Source: an uncultured delta proteobacterium | GTDB taxonomy: Bacteria > Desulfobacterota > Binatia > Binatales > Binataceae | Reading direction: 5' to 3' | Length of the DNA: 64,000 nucleotides | Assembly (NCBI GenBank): GCA_963808235.1 | Contig: CAWEEQ010000004.1 | Coordinates: 1,984,001 to 2,048,000, forward strand | Shown here: positions 50,625 to 61,497 of the stretch, one piece after another | How the letters are laid out: the number at the start of each line of letters is the position of its first letter | Position numbering within the stretch: position 1 is the first letter of the stretch | Position numbers and translations under genes: made by a program | Notes under the pieces: model-generated | Told to the model about the DNA's origin: nothing | What the model saw: only the letters and a program-made list of their open reading frames with translations | Database searches by the model: none

Positions 50625-52112
50625 TCAGGCCGGGCCGGTGAAGAAGTTGAGCGAGCGGTTGGCGAACTCGATGATCGGCGACCAGTAGAGTCCGAACACG
50701 ATCGTCGCGCAGGCGAGCACTCCCATCAAGCCGTAATTCCACGCCTCGAAGCGGACCGTGCCTTCGTCGCCACGCGGCTGCTCGAAGAACATCATTCGAA
50801 TCGGTTTCAGATAGTAATACAGCGATACCACCGAATTGAGTATTCCGACAATAGCCAGTATGTAGAACTGGCCGCGGATCACCGCGGCAAACAGGTAAAA
50901 CTTGCCAATGAATCCAATAGTCAGAGGAATACCAGTTAGCGAGAAGAGGAAGATAGTCAGTGCGACCGCGGGGACTATACCTCCGCGCCACGCAAGCCCG
51001 CGATAAGCGTCAATGTCCTCACGGCCCGTGGAGTTTGCCACGATCATGACGACCAGAAAAGCGCCCGCGTCCATTACATAGTACGCGAACAAGTAGAACA
51101 GCATCGCGCGGATGCCATCGTTAGACAGAACGACGAATCCCATTAGTGCGTATCCAGCCTGCGCGATACTGGAATAGGCCAGCAGCCGCTTCATATTGGT
51201 CTGTTGAAGGGCGGCCAGGTTTCCGAGCGTCATCGTGATGATGCAAACGAAGAGCAGCAACTGCGGCCAATCGACACCGACCAACGCAGTCCAACTCCCG
51301 CCCACGGCAAGATGCGAAATGGCCGGAAAGAAAAAGCGCGTCAGCAGCGCAAAGCCGGCGGCCTTGGAACCGATCGCGAGGAAGGTAGTGATCGGAATCG
51401 GGGCGCCGGTGTAAACGTCGGGCGCCCACATGTGGAACGGCACCGACGAAACTTTGTAACCCATACCGGTCAGGATCAGCACTAACGCGATGAACAACGT
51501 GAGCACCGGCAGATGGCCGGGCGTCGACAGCGCCTTATTGATCACGGTGAAATCGAGCGAGCCGGTGAGTCCGAATATCCAGCTCATGCCGTAGATCATG
51601 GTGCCCGATGCGACTCCGCCATAGATCAAGTACTTGAGCGCGGCTTCGAGCGAGCGCCGGTTGTGACGCAAAAATCCGGTCAGGATGTAGGAGGTCAGGC
51701 TGACGAACTCGAGCGCGAGATACGCCATCAGCAGATTCGCCGATTCCGCCATGAGAAACATCGCGAACGTGCTTGCGAGCAGAATCGCGTAGTACTCGCC
51801 CTGATCGCAGCTATGCACTTCCTCCGAGCCGATCGACATCCAGACTGCGATGACGGCTGCGAGCGCGATCAACGCGCGGAAATAAATCGCGAACGAATCG
51901 AACACCAACATCCGATGGAATAGCCAGGCGCCAGAAAGCACCGGCTCGAGGTTAATAGCCAGTAGCGATGCGGCCGCGGTAGCCAGTGCGAGGCCGCCGA
52001 GTCGGGCTTTGTCGCGAACGATCAGATCGATGATCACGATGGCCAAAATACCCGCCACCAGGATCAACTCCGGAATGAAGTGACTCAGACTCGCGAAATT
52101 TCCAAGGTCCAT
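50625..52112 (-). CDS. nuoN: Complex I subunit N
   Basis: EAALKY, YKVSSVPFHMWAPDVY, KRLLAYSSI. Confidence 0.93.
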   Translation of the reverse strand: MDLGNFASLSHFIPELILVAGILAIVIIDLIVRDKARLGGLALATAAASLLAINLEPVLSGAWLFHRMLVFDSFAIYFRALIALAAVIAVWMSIGSEEVHSCDQGEYYAILLASTFAMFLMAESANLLMAYLALEFVSLTSYILTGFLRHNRRSLEAALKYLIYGGVASGTMIYGMSWIFGLTGSLDFTVINKALSTPGHLPVLTLFIALVLILTGMGYKVSSVPFHMWAPDVYTGAPIPITTFLAIGSKAAGFALLTRFFFPAISHLAVGGSWTALVGVDWPQLLLFVCIITMTLGNLAALQQTNMKRLLAYSSIAQAGYALMGFVVLSNDGIRAMLFYLFAYYVMDAGAFLVVMIVANSTGREDIDAYRGLAWRGGIVPAVALTIFLFSLTGIPLTIGFIGKFYLFAAVIRGQFYILAIVGILNSVVSLYYYLKPIRMMFFEQPRGDEGTVRFEAWNYGLMGVLACATIVFGLYWSPIIEFANRSLNFFTGPA

Positions 52113-52133
52113 CTGATTTCGTCTCGAGCCGGC

Positions 52134-53633
52134 TCAGCGAATCATCGCGACCGCTGCGTTCGAACTCGACAGCACGACCTGATTGAGATGAACCAGCGAA
52201 GTGTTGAGCAGACTGAGAACCGCGTGCGGGTAGACTCCGAGTATCAGTACGATTACACCGAGCGGGACCAGCGTGAACGCCTCGCGGAAGCTGAGATCCG
52301 AAAAGCCATTGTATTTTTCGTTCAACGGGCCGAGGTAGATTCGTTGGAACGTCCAGAGCAGGTAGGCGGCGGTTAGAATCGCGGTCGCGGCGGCGAACAC
52401 CGTCATCAGAGGATGCGTTTGCCACGCGCCGAGCAGCACCAGCACTTCGGATATGAACGCGGACATGCCGGGCAGGCCCATCCCGGCAAAGAAAGCGAAC
52501 CCGGTAATCGCGGTATAGATCGGCATCTGCTGCGCGAGTCCGCCGAAGCCGTTGATCTCGCGATGATGCGCGCGATCGTAGATCACGCCGACCAGGATGA
52601 AGAGCATCGCCGTGATCGTGCCGTGGTTGAACATCTGGAGAACCGCGCCGTTGATCCCGGCCGCAGTGAACGACGCGAGCCCGAGCATCACGTAACCCAT
52701 GTGGCTGATCGACGAGTATGCGATGAGCTTCTTATAGTCAGTCTGCGCCATCGCGCACATCGCGCCATATACTATGTTGATAGTCCCGATGACACCCAGA
52801 AATAGCCACGCGAGCTGGTAACTGGCTAATGGCAAAACGGAAAAATTGACGCGCAGAATACCGTAGGTGCCCATCTTGAGGAGCACACCGGCCAGGATCA
52901 CTGAGATTGCGGTGGGTGCTTCGACGTGGGCGTCGGGCAACCAGGTATGAAACGGGAAAGCCGGAATCTTGATTGCGAAGCCGATGAACAAGGCGATCCA
53001 GACTATGCGCTGGAATCCAATCGAGTAATGGCTGGAGTTCGCGGCAAGCTCGGTCAAGTCAAAAGTCGGAGTCGCTCCATAGTAATACAACCCAAGCATC
53101 GCAAGCAGAATGAGTACCGAGCCGAGCAGCGTGTAGAGGAAGAACTTTATGGCTGCATACTCGCGGCGCGGGCCGCCCCAGATGCCGATGAGAAAGTACA
53201 TCGGCAGCAGCATGACTTCCCAGAAAATATAGAAGAGAAAGAAATCGAGCGACACGAAGACGCCCATCATGCCGGTGTCGAGCATGAGGAGCATCGCGTA
53301 GTAACCTTTTTCCGCGCGGTTGATCCCGAAGCTCGCGAACACGGAAACGAACATGATGATCGCCGTCAGCAGCACCATCGAGATGCTGATACCGTCAACG
53401 CCCATGAAGTAGTTGATGTGGTACGTGGGCATCCAAGATGTTTTCTCGGCGAACTGAACGGCGCTGGTCGTGGTGTCGAAGTGCTCGTACAGGTAAAGCG
53501 CGATCGCGAGCTGCGGCACGGTGGCTGCGGCGGCAATCCACTTGAATGTGGCTTTGCTGGCGTCGGGCAGCGCCAGGATCAGCACCATCCCAACGATCGG
53601 AACGAAGGTTATCAGCGTAAGCAGGTGACTCAT
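52134..53633 (-). CDS. nuoM: Complex I subunit M
   Basis: FWEVMLLPMY, HTWLPDAHVEAP, LLKMGTYG. Confidence 0.93.
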   Translation of the reverse strand: MSHLLTLITFVPIVGMVLILALPDASKATFKWIAAAATVPQLAIALYLYEHFDTTTSAVQFAEKTSWMPTYHINYFMGVDGISISMVLLTAIIMFVSVFASFGINRAEKGYYAMLLMLDTGMMGVFVSLDFFLFYIFWEVMLLPMYFLIGIWGGPRREYAAIKFFLYTLLGSVLILLAMLGLYYYGATPTFDLTELAANSSHYSIGFQRIVWIALFIGFAIKIPAFPFHTWLPDAHVEAPTAISVILAGVLLKMGTYGILRVNFSVLPLASYQLAWLFLGVIGTINIVYGAMCAMAQTDYKKLIAYSSISHMGYVMLGLASFTAAGINGAVLQMFNHGTITAMLFILVGVIYDRAHHREINGFGGLAQQMPIYTAITGFAFFAGMGLPGMSAFISEVLVLLGAWQTHPLMTVFAAATAILTAAYLLWTFQRIYLGPLNEKYNGFSDLSFREAFTLVPLGVIVLILGVYPHAVLSLLNTSLVHLNQVVLSSSNAAVAMIR

Positions 53634-53658
53634 CTCAGTTTCGCTCTTCTCATTTGCG

Positions 53659-55734
53659 TCATGCTCTCGCGACCGCGCGCGCGAGCAATATCAGCATCAC
53701 CGCGGCGAGCATTCCGTACAGGTACCCATTGATCGAACCAGTCTGAAGCCTGCGCAGCCTGCCGCCCACATCAAGCGTCAGATTGGAGGCGAAATTGACG
53801 AGTCCATCGACAATGTAATGATCGAACAGTCCCGATATCCATGCGAGAAAGATCGTGATCGTCGCGGCAAAGTTTACGACGCCGTCGATCACGTTGGAAT
53901 CGAACCAGGCAAATGCGCGAGTAGCAAAGAGATACGGTTGTACGATCGCTACATCGTAGATTTCATCGACGTAGTACTTATTGAGTACCAAGTCGTATAC
54001 TACTCCGCCGAACATCTGACTAATCTTTGCGGGATCGATCTTCTGCTGCCGGTACATGAGATCGGCGACCAGCCATCCGAGCACAACCATAGTGAATGTG
54101 ATGAACCCGAATGCGGCCTCGGTCCCGTGGCTGTGGATTCCCGACTCGATCAATCGCCGCGTCACCTCAGAGCTGAAAACGGGATCGAGAAATTCCTCGA
54201 AGGGCTTGTAGGTCGCAATGAATTCCGGAATCTTCACGAGCCCGCCGACCACCGAAAGCGCGCCAAGCACGACCAGCACGTAGGCCATCGACGGTGGCGA
54301 CTCGTGCAGATGATGCTCCTGCTCGTGAGTCCCGCGGAACTCGCCAAAGAACGTCATGTAGACCTGGCGGAACATGTAGAAGACCGTGATCCCTGCGCCA
54401 ATCAGCAGCATCGCCCAAACCACGACGTGGCCGTGAGAAAAGGCTTGCCAGATAATTTCGTCCTTTGACATGAAGCCGGCGAATGGCGGCACGCCGGAGA
54501 TTGCGAGAGTCGCGGCGAAGAACGTCAGAAAGGTGATCGGCATCTTGTGCCGGAGCGCGCCCATCTTGCGCATGTCCTGCTCTCCGCCCATCGCATGGAT
54601 GACGGAACCGGCGCCGAGGAACAAGCATGCTTTGAAGAACGCATGAGTCATCAGATGAAAGACGCCAGCCGAGTACGCGCCGACTCCGAGCGCCGCGAAC
54701 ATGTAGCCGAGCTGGCTCACAGTCGAGTAGGCGAGGACCTTCTTGATGTCGTTTTGCGCGATGCCGATGGTCGCGGCGAAAAGCGCCGTCGATGCGCCGA
54801 CCACCGCGATCACCGTCAACGTAAACGGCGACATCGAGAAAAGAAAGTTGAGTCGCGCGACCATGTAGATGCCCGCGGTGACCATCGTGGCGGCGTGAAT
54901 CAGCGCGCTGACCGGAGTCGGACCCGCCATCGCATCCGGCAGCCACACGAACAGCGGAATCTGCGCGGACTTGCCGGTCGCTCCGATGAACATCAAAAGC
55001 GTCACGAAGCCGACCAGCTGATGCGCTGAGTGAAAGCCCGCGAAGTTGATCGGCATGCCTTGCAACATCGGCGCGTACCCTGCAATCTCGCGCGTGATGA
55101 GCGTGGGATGCCCGACAGATCCGAGCGCGGCGAACAGGCTGAAGAGCGCGATCACGAAGGCGAGGTCGCCGATCCGATTCACGATGAATGCCTTGTTGCC
55201 GGCGGTGGTGTTGGCGAGCACCTTGTACCAGAAGCCAATCAGCGCGAACGAGCACAGCCCGACACCTTCCCATCCCACGAACATCAGCCACAGGTTGTCG
55301 CCGAGAACGAGCACCAGCATCGCGAAGGTGAACAGGTTGAGCCATCCGAAGAAGCGCCAGTAGCCGTCGTCGTCGTGCATGTAGCCGGTCGAGTAGATGT
55401 GGATGAGTCCGCCGACGCCGGTGATTATCAGCGTCATCACCATCGAGAGCGGATCGAGCCAGAACGCGATGTCGAGATTCAGTCCGCCGACGTCGAACCA
55501 TCGCCAGAGGTCGTCGAGCATGAAGCGGTTTTCGGGCGCCAACCCGAGCATCGCGCGGAAAGCGCCCAACGCGATCATGAAGGCGAAGATGACGACGCCG
55601 CATCCGACCAGGCTGATTGCTCGTTTGCCGAAGGTCTTCTGCAACCACGCGCCGGCAAGGAAATTGATCGCCGCGCCGACCAGTGGCAACAGCACGATCA
55701 ACCTGATGAAGGTAACGTTTATCGGATGGTCCAT
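53659..55734 (-). CDS. nuoL: Complex I subunit L
   Basis: GWEGVG, GKSAQIP, WLPDAMAGPTPVSALIHAATMV, C-terminal transverse helix. Confidence 0.94.
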   Translation of the reverse strand: MDHPINVTFIRLIVLLPLVGAAINFLAGAWLQKTFGKRAISLVGCGVVIFAFMIALGAFRAMLGLAPENRFMLDDLWRWFDVGGLNLDIAFWLDPLSMVMTLIITGVGGLIHIYSTGYMHDDDGYWRFFGWLNLFTFAMLVLVLGDNLWLMFVGWEGVGLCSFALIGFWYKVLANTTAGNKAFIVNRIGDLAFVIALFSLFAALGSVGHPTLITREIAGYAPMLQGMPINFAGFHSAHQLVGFVTLLMFIGATGKSAQIPLFVWLPDAMAGPTPVSALIHAATMVTAGIYMVARLNFLFSMSPFTLTVIAVVGASTALFAATIGIAQNDIKKVLAYSTVSQLGYMFAALGVGAYSAGVFHLMTHAFFKACLFLGAGSVIHAMGGEQDMRKMGALRHKMPITFLTFFAATLAISGVPPFAGFMSKDEIIWQAFSHGHVVVWAMLLIGAGITVFYMFRQVYMTFFGEFRGTHEQEHHLHESPPSMAYVLVVLGALSVVGGLVKIPEFIATYKPFEEFLDPVFSSEVTRRLIESGIHSHGTEAAFGFITFTMVVLGWLVADLMYRQQKIDPAKISQMFGGVVYDLVLNKYYVDEIYDVAIVQPYLFATRAFAWFDSNVIDGVVNFAATITIFLAWISGLFDHYIVDGLVNFASNLTLDVGGRLRRLQTGSINGYLYGMLAAVMLILLARAVARA

Positions 55735-55891
55735 CGCCTAGCGCCCAATCTTCCTTATCGACTGCGCGAATTCCCAATTCATGAAATCAGCCGCGCTGAT
55801 ATAAGCAGAAAACAGGGGTGCCCGAAAGGTAAACTGCATCGGCGCGCAGGGCTGCGCAAACGCGGAAAATACAGCGTGAAACGCGATGCGT

Positions 55892-56206
55892 CTATCCACT
55901 CAGAGTCTCGGTCGCGTCGACATCAATCGTTTTGAAATTCTGATAAATCGCCAGCACGACCGCGAGACCGATCACCGCTTCGGCGGCCGCCAGCATGATC
56001 ACGAAAATTGCGAAGATTTGTCCGTCGTACTTTCCACCGCCATAGAACGCGAACGCGAGATAGTTGATGTTGGCGGAGTTGAGAATGAGTTCGACTCCCA
56101 TCAGGATTCCGATCGCGTTGCGCCGGGTCAGAACCGTGAAGATACCGAGCGAGAAGATGACCAGACTCAGGACCAGGAAATGGTCAAGCGTGATTCCTCC
56201 GCCCAT
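55892..56206 (-). CDS. nuoK: Complex I subunit K
   Basis: RRNAIGILMGVE, AAAEAVIGLA. Confidence 0.93.
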   Translation of the reverse strand: MGGGITLDHFLVLSLVIFSLGIFTVLTRRNAIGILMGVELILNSANINYLAFAFYGGGKYDGQIFAIFVIMLAAAEAVIGLAVVLAIYQNFKTIDVDATETLSG

Positions 56207-56217
56207 CCCCAGCTCCC

Positions 56218-56715
56218 CTACTCCTTCGCCTCGTGGCGCGAGATGACTATCGCGCCGATTAGCGCCGCGAGCAGAACCAGCGACGCGACTTCGAACGGCA
56301 ACACATAATCGCCCAGGAATGCGTTACCGATTGCATAAGTGGTTGGCGCGATCGAGACAGCTGTCGCCTGATGCCATGGCGTGCGCATTACCGCATACAT
56401 CATCAGGCTGGCGGCGATTCCAACTGTTACGATCGCGGAGCCGGTGCCAACCGCGCGATTGGATACCGTAACGTCGGCGATTCCGGCCGTCAGCATCACC
56501 GCGAATATAGTCAGTACCAGGATTCCACCGACATAGACTAGCAACTGCACCATAGCTACAAAGTCCGCGGCGAGTAGTATGTAGATACCTACTACACCCA
56601 TGAACGCGCCGAGCAACGCGAACGTCGAGTAGACAATGTTGCGGGAGAACGCGACCATCACCGCGGAGCCTACGGTCAGCGCGGCGAGCGCATAGAAAAT
56701 CGCCTGTGCAAGCAT
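56218..56715 (-). CDS. nuoJ: Complex I subunit J
   Basis: QLLVYVGGI, PFEVASLVLL. Confidence 0.93.
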   Translation of the reverse strand: MLAQAIFYALAALTVGSAVMVAFSRNIVYSTFALLGAFMGVVGIYILLAADFVAMVQLLVYVGGILVLTIFAVMLTAGIADVTVSNRAVGTGSAIVTVGIAASLMMYAVMRTPWHQATAVSIAPTTYAIGNAFLGDYVLPFEVASLVLLAALIGAIVISRHEAKE

Positions 56716-56748
56716 CGGATTCGACTCTCCCCGTTCGTCTTCGATCCG

Positions 56749-57315
56749 CTAGGCCGGTTCTTCCTCGGCCGGCTTTTCGCCGCCCGGCTGCGCCCATTGA
56801 TCGAGGTAGGTCATGCCGCGATTCAGAATCGGCGCGATTCGCGGATCGGTTTCCGGCCCCTTTTTGGGCTTGTAGGCAATCACCGGATCCTTGACGAAGC
56901 GGCGGATCAGACTTTCCAGCGAATAGTCAGCGCCCTCGAACTCAGTCGTGTGATGAATCGAACCAGTAGGGCATGGCTCACTGCATAGTCCGCAGTACAT
57001 GCATTTGGCTATATCGATATCAAACTGCGAGAGCAGCATCTGGCGCGTCTGAGGATCCTTGTCGACCACAATGACTATGCAGTCGATCGGACAGGCGCGC
57101 TCGCAGGCGAGGCATCCGGTGCAGATTTCGAGATCGACTTCCAATATTCCGCGATAGCGGAACGGCAGCGTGTCCTGCACCCGCACCGGCATCCGATCGG
57201 GATACTGCACCGTGTAGGGCTTGCGCATAAAATGCGACGCGGTCACGGCCATCCCTTCGAAAATCGTAAAGACCGTATCTTTAATATTTTGTGCGTATTC
57301 GGAAACTGCGCTCAT
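56749..57315 (-). CDS. nuoI: Complex I subunit I (2x[4Fe-4S])
   Basis: TVQYP, CTGCLACERACP and CMYCGLCSEPCP. Confidence 0.93.
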   Translation of the reverse strand: MSAVSEYAQNIKDTVFTIFEGMAVTASHFMRKPYTVQYPDRMPVRVQDTLPFRYRGILEVDLEICTGCLACERACPIDCIVIVVDKDPQTRQMLLSQFDIDIAKCMYCGLCSEPCPTGSIHHTTEFEGADYSLESLIRRFVKDPVIAYKPKKGPETDPRIAPILNRGMTYLDQWAQPGGEKPAEEEPA

Positions 57316-57322
57316 CGGGCCT

Positions 57323-58513
57323 CTATATAGTCGGATTGAAGTAGACTTCCATCCGCGAACGCTTGAGATAGTAGATAACGCGCTGGATGAATACGACCGC
57401 GAGCGCGATTCCGGCCGCCAACATTATATAGCCCATCGCCGCGTTGCCGTCGGGCCAAATCGCGACCCAGACCGCGGTCCCGATCATGTTCACGAACGCG
57501 ATCGGCACGAAGTATTTCCAGCACACAGTCATCAGTTGATCGATCCGCACGCGCGGCAGGGTCGCGCGAATCCACATCGAAACGAAAACCAGGAATAGTA
57601 CTTTGACGTTGAACACGATTACTTCAAGAATGTTCATCGCGACCACGTTGTTGGTCACGTGCGGGAACTGCCATCCGCCGAGGAACAAGGTCGTTATGAT
57701 CGCGCCGATGATGAACAGATTTCCCCACTCCGCCATGAAGAAGAACAAGTAGCGCATCCCGCTGTACTCAGTTGCGAAACCGGCCACCAGTTCGGATTCG
57801 GCTTCGGGCAAGTCAAACGGAGTGCGATTACCCTCGGCGAGCGCGGATATATAAAGGATATTCGCGGCGACGAACGTGAACGGATTAGCGAACAGGAACC
57901 AATGTTGCGGCGCCCATCCCTGGCCCTTGATGATCCCTTGCATCGAAAGTGTCCCGGTCATCATCACGACCGGGAAGATCGAAAGCCCCGCGGGAATTTC
58001 GTAACTGACTATTTGCGCCGCCGAACGGATTCCTCCGATCAACGACCACTTGTCATTCGATGCCCATCCCGCCATCAGCACGCCAACCACCGTGAGCGCC
58101 GTCACCGACGTCATGTAGAGGATGCCGACGTTCATGTCGGCGAGAATCAGCGACGACGAAAAAGGCATCACCGCCCACGGCAGAATGAATGCGAGGATCA
58201 CCAGGTACGGCGCAAGCTTGAAGAGCGGTGCATCCGCCTCGTCAGGGATGATGTCTTCCTTGCAGACATTTTTCACACCGTCGGCCAACCACTGGAGAAA
58301 TCCCTGGGGACCCACACGGTTGGGACCGACGCGCGACTGGATTCGAGCCCATACCCGGCGCTCAGCCCAGCTAACGATCCCGGCAAATGGAAACGCGACG
58401 CCGAGGAAGACTACAGCGCTCATCACGAAGATTACGATCGCGGCGACAATCGACGGCGACGCATTGCGCCCGAATGTGCCCGACGCGATCAGGTTGTGAA
58501 TCAGGGTCTCCAT
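57323..58513 (-). CDS. nuoH: Complex I subunit H
   Basis: ERR..RVGPNRVG, QIVSYE, NRTPFDLPEAESELVAG, PRVRIDQL. Confidence 0.95.
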   Translation of the reverse strand: METLIHNLIASGTFGRNASPSIVAAIVIFVMSAVVFLGVAFPFAGIVSWAERRVWARIQSRVGPNRVGPQGFLQWLADGVKNVCKEDIIPDEADAPLFKLAPYLVILAFILPWAVMPFSSSLILADMNVGILYMTSVTALTVVGVLMAGWASNDKWSLIGGIRSAAQIVSYEIPAGLSIFPVVMMTGTLSMQGIIKGQGWAPQHWFLFANPFTFVAANILYISALAEGNRTPFDLPEAESELVAGFATEYSGMRYLFFFMAEWGNLFIIGAIITTLFLGGWQFPHVTNNVVAMNILEVIVFNVKVLFLVFVSMWIRATLPRVRIDQLMTVCWKYFVPIAFVNMIGTAVWVAIWPDGNAAMGYIMLAAGIALAVVFIQRVIYYLKRSRMEVYFNPTI

Positions 58514-58538
58514 CTAGCTCTAACGAACCTATCTCTGT

Positions 58539-59657
58539 TTAACGATCTATCTCCGGCGCGATCACGTCGAGGCTCGCGATCAGCGTGACCAGGTCCGCGA
58601 TCATCAAACCTGCGCTCAGTTTCTGGATGATCCCCATCGCCGCGAACGAGCCGGTGCGCACATGAACCCGCCACGGATAGCCGGTCCCGTCGCTCACCAA
58701 GTACCAACCCATGTCGCCGCGCCCGCTCTCGAGTCGAATCTGGCATTCGCCCGCGGGAGGCTTGAAATTGCGCGCGACCTTCGCGAGCACTGGCCCCTGC
58801 GGAATTTGCGCGAGCGCCTGGCGGAGGATCTTTGACGACTGCGCCATCTCGCGAATCCGTATGACGTAGCGGTCCATCGAGTCGCCGAGCTTGCCCCAAT
58901 GCCCGTCGCCAATCGGCACCTCGAACTCAAAATCCGGATAGGCGGAATAGGGAATGTCTTTGCGGATATCCCACTTGATTCCGCACGCGCGCAGATTGGG
59001 CCCGACCAGGTTGTAGTTTATCGCGTCGGCGGGCGTGATCACACCGACGTTCGCCAGCCGCTCGACGTAGATTTTATTCCACGAGATGAGCGCGTTGTAT
59101 TCTTCGAGAATCGGATCGAAATGATCCAGGTATGCCAGCGCCTTCTCGCGCCATCCGGGCGGGAGATCCCATGCGACGCCGCCGATTCTCATATAGTTAA
59201 ATGTCAGCCGCGCACCGCATAGCTCTTCGATCAGATCGTTGATCATCTCGCGCTCGCGGATCGCGTGGGTGAACGGCGTCACCGCGCCAATATCCATCGC
59301 CATCGCGCCGACCGACAGCAGATGCGACGCGATCCGATTGAACTCCGCGGCGATCACGCGGCAGTATTCGCCGCGCTTCGGCACTTCGATTCCCGCGATT
59401 TTCTCGCAGGCCATCCCCCAGCCCTGGTTGGTGAACATCGCGCACACGTAATCGACGCGATCGGTGTAGGGCATGAAGCCGTGATAGCCGACTTTCTCCG
59501 CAATCTTCTCGATCGACCGATGCAGGTAGCCGACGTCCGGGATCGCCTCGCGCATCACCTCGCCGTCGGCGCGCACCACGAAGCGCAACACCCCGTGCGT
59601 GGACGGATGCTGCGGGCCCATGTTGAGCGTCATCTCTTCGGTATGCAGCGTGCTCAT
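58539..59657 (-). CDS. nuoD: Complex I subunit D
   Basis: [26 protein letters not shown]-terminal EIDR; no NiFe-binding CxxC motifs. Confidence 0.95.
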   Translation of the reverse strand: MSTLHTEEMTLNMGPQHPSTHGVLRFVVRADGEVMREAIPDVGYLHRSIEKIAEKVGYHGFMPYTDRVDYVCAMFTNQGWGMACEKIAGIEVPKRGEYCRVIAAEFNRIASHLLSVGAMAMDIGAVTPFTHAIREREMINDLIEELCGARLTFNYMRIGGVAWDLPPGWREKALAYLDHFDPILEEYNALISWNKIYVERLANVGVITPADAINYNLVGPNLRACGIKWDIRKDIPYSAYPDFEFEVPIGDGHWGKLGDSMDRYVIRIREMAQSSKILRQALAQIPQGPVLAKVARNFKPPAGECQIRLESGRGDMGWYLVSDGTGYPWRVHVRTGSFAAMGIIQKLSAGLMIADLVTLIASLDVIAPEIDR

Positions 59658-60163
59658 TTCGCTTTCGTGTTGAGCCGGATTATCGGGCTCTCCCTGACTG
59701 TTGAGATTCCGTGATACTCGGCCGGCTCGACGAAATCCTTGCGCAGTGGATGACCGATCCAGTCTTCGGGCATCAGGATTCGGCGCATGTCGCTGTGCCC
59801 TTCGAAATTTACGCCGAGCAGGTCGAAAATTTCGCGCTCCATCCAGTTGGCCGACTTCCAGATGGTTTCCACGGTCGCAACAGCCGGATTCTCGCGCGGC
59901 AGTTTCACTTTCAACACCGCGGTGTGGCGATGCTTGTACGAAAACAAATGATAGACGACCTCGATCCGGTCTTTGTAATCCACCCCGCTCTGATTCGAAA
60001 GACAGTCCATCGCGAGCTCGGGATCCTCATTCATGAAGCGCGCGATCTCGACGATTGCGCCCGGATCAATCACCGCGAACGGGTCCGGTTTCTTGTCGAC
60101 TGTCTCCAGAACGCGATCACCGAAGCGATTCTTGACCCGCTCGAGTATTTGGAGCGGTTCCAT
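59654..60163 (-). CDS. nuoC: Complex I subunit C
   Basis: [25 protein letters not shown]. Confidence 0.94.
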   Translation of the reverse strand: MEPLQILERVKNRFGDRVLETVDKKPDPFAVIDPGAIVEIARFMNEDPELAMDCLSNQSGVDYKDRIEVVYHLFSYKHRHTAVLKVKLPRENPAVATVETIWKSANWMEREIFDLLGVNFEGHSDMRRILMPEDWIGHPLRKDFVEPAEYHGISTVRESPIIRLNTKAK

Positions 60164-60165
60164 GC

Positions 60166-60678
60166 TTACGCGGCCGCGACCTTACCGTTGCCGTTGCTCG
60201 GCGCGCGCGAAAGCCAGCGCTCGGTCATGATTTTTTCCTGCAACTTCAAGAGGCCTTCGGTCAGCGCCTCGGGACGCGGCGGACAGCCGGGAACGTACAC
60301 GTCGACCGGCAGAATCTTGTCCACGCCGTCGCACACCGAATAGGCGAGCTGGAAAAGGCCGCCGCAACTCGCGCAGGAACCCATAGAGATGACGTACTTG
60401 GGATCGGGCATCTGGTCGTAGAGCAGCCGGGTGCGAAGCGCCATTTTCAGGGTGAGAGTTCCCGCGACGATCATAAGATCGGATTGACGCGCCGACGCGC
60501 GCGGCGAGGCGCCAAAACGGTCGATATCGGCGCGCGGACCGCCGGTATGCATCAGCTCGATCGCGCAGCAGGCAAGGCCGAACAGCATGTACCAGATACT
60601 CGACTTGCGCATCCAGTTCAGCAGCTCGTCGGTCTTGGTAGTCAAAACATAATCGGGAAGTGTGTTGAGCAAGGGCAT
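60166..60678 (-). CDS. nuoB: Complex I subunit B
   Basis: [31 protein letters not shown]. Confidence 0.95.
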   Translation of the reverse strand: MPLLNTLPDYVLTTKTDELLNWMRKSSIWYMLFGLACCAIELMHTGGPRADIDRFGASPRASARQSDLMIVAGTLTLKMALRTRLLYDQMPDPKYVISMGSCASCGGLFQLAYSVCDGVDKILPVDVYVPGCPPRPEALTEGLLKLQEKIMTERWLSRAPSNGNGKVAAA

Positions 60679-60687
60679 ATAAGAACC

Positions 60688-61080
60688 TCAGTCTTCGACC
60701 GGTACTTTCTTGACCCATTCGAGGTCGTGCTTAACCCAAACATAAACCAGGCCTACGAACAGGATCAGCAGGAAAATTAAAATTTCGCTAAGCGCGTAAA
60801 GGCGGCGTCCCGAGCGGACCCAATCGAGGTAGACCGCCGCAATCGGATACACGAATGCAACTTCGACTTCGAAGACCACGAAGATAAGCGCGATCAGGTA
60901 GAAGCGGACGTTGAAGTTGATCCAGGCGCGGCCGGTCGGCGGTTCACCGCATTCGTAGGGAATCAGCTTGCGATCGTAGGGATTGCTCGGCGCGAGAAGC
61001 TTCTGCAGCCCGAACATCAGCGCCACGAAGCCGATTCCGATGATCGTCAGGGCGAGTGCGACGCCGAAATTGAAATACAT
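60688..61080 (-). CDS. nuoA: Complex I subunit A
   Basis: PYECGE, FYLIALIFVVFEVE. Confidence 0.94.
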   Translation of the reverse strand: MYFNFGVALALTIIGIGFVALMFGLQKLLAPSNPYDRKLIPYECGEPPTGRAWINFNVRFYLIALIFVVFEVEVAFVYPIAAVYLDWVRSGRRLYALSEILIFLLILFVGLVYVWVKHDLEWVKKVPVED

Positions 61081-61100
61081 GCTACTTTACCGAGTCCTCA

Positions 61101-61172
61101 TTAATTGGACCGGGCGAAACTGTCAAGAAGGATCGCTTCACGTTCGATGTTTCTGGCTTAAGAATATCTTAA
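61101..61172 (-). promoter_or_regulatory. Candidate nuo promoter and upstream palindrome
   Basis: TTGACA on the minus strand at 61121-61126; TTAAGA-ATA-TCTTAA palindrome at 61158-61172. Confidence 0.35.
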
Positions 61173-61217
61173 TTCGAAAGCGCTACAAACTGGTCGCAGA
61201 CGGGACCCCGGCGACCG

Positions 61218-61478
61218 CTATTTGTGCTGCTTTAACACCACCTTAAGGGCCGAGGCGTCGAGCCAGGCGCCGTCGCCCCTGGGGCACGCCATCATGGGCA
61301 CTCCGAACTCGGTTTTGGCGACCAGGAACTCCTTGCAATGCGGACATGCGACATGGCTCAAGCGCTCTTTCATCTTCTCGAGCAGTTCCCCGTCGCGCTG
61401 GCGCGCCCACTGATCTTCGCGGGCTGCCTCGGCGTCGTGAATCTTGCTACCGAGCCGGTCTTTGTTGTCGCCTGCCAT
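61218..61478 (-). CDS. Small zinc-ribbon (zf-TFIIB-like) protein
   Basis: EDQWARQRDGELLEKMK helix followed by CPHC...CPRGDGAWLD. Confidence 0.7.
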   Translation of the reverse strand: MAGDNKDRLGSKIHDAEAAREDQWARQRDGELLEKMKERLSHVACPHCKEFLVAKTEFGVPMMACPRGDGAWLDASALKVVLKQHK

Positions 61479-61497
61479 GGGCTTCTCCTGTCGGGGA

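Noticed and set aside
52134-55734. 2M-type complex I or group 4 hydrogenase
   Set aside because: Only one nuoM is present and NuoD lacks NiFe-binding CxxC motifs
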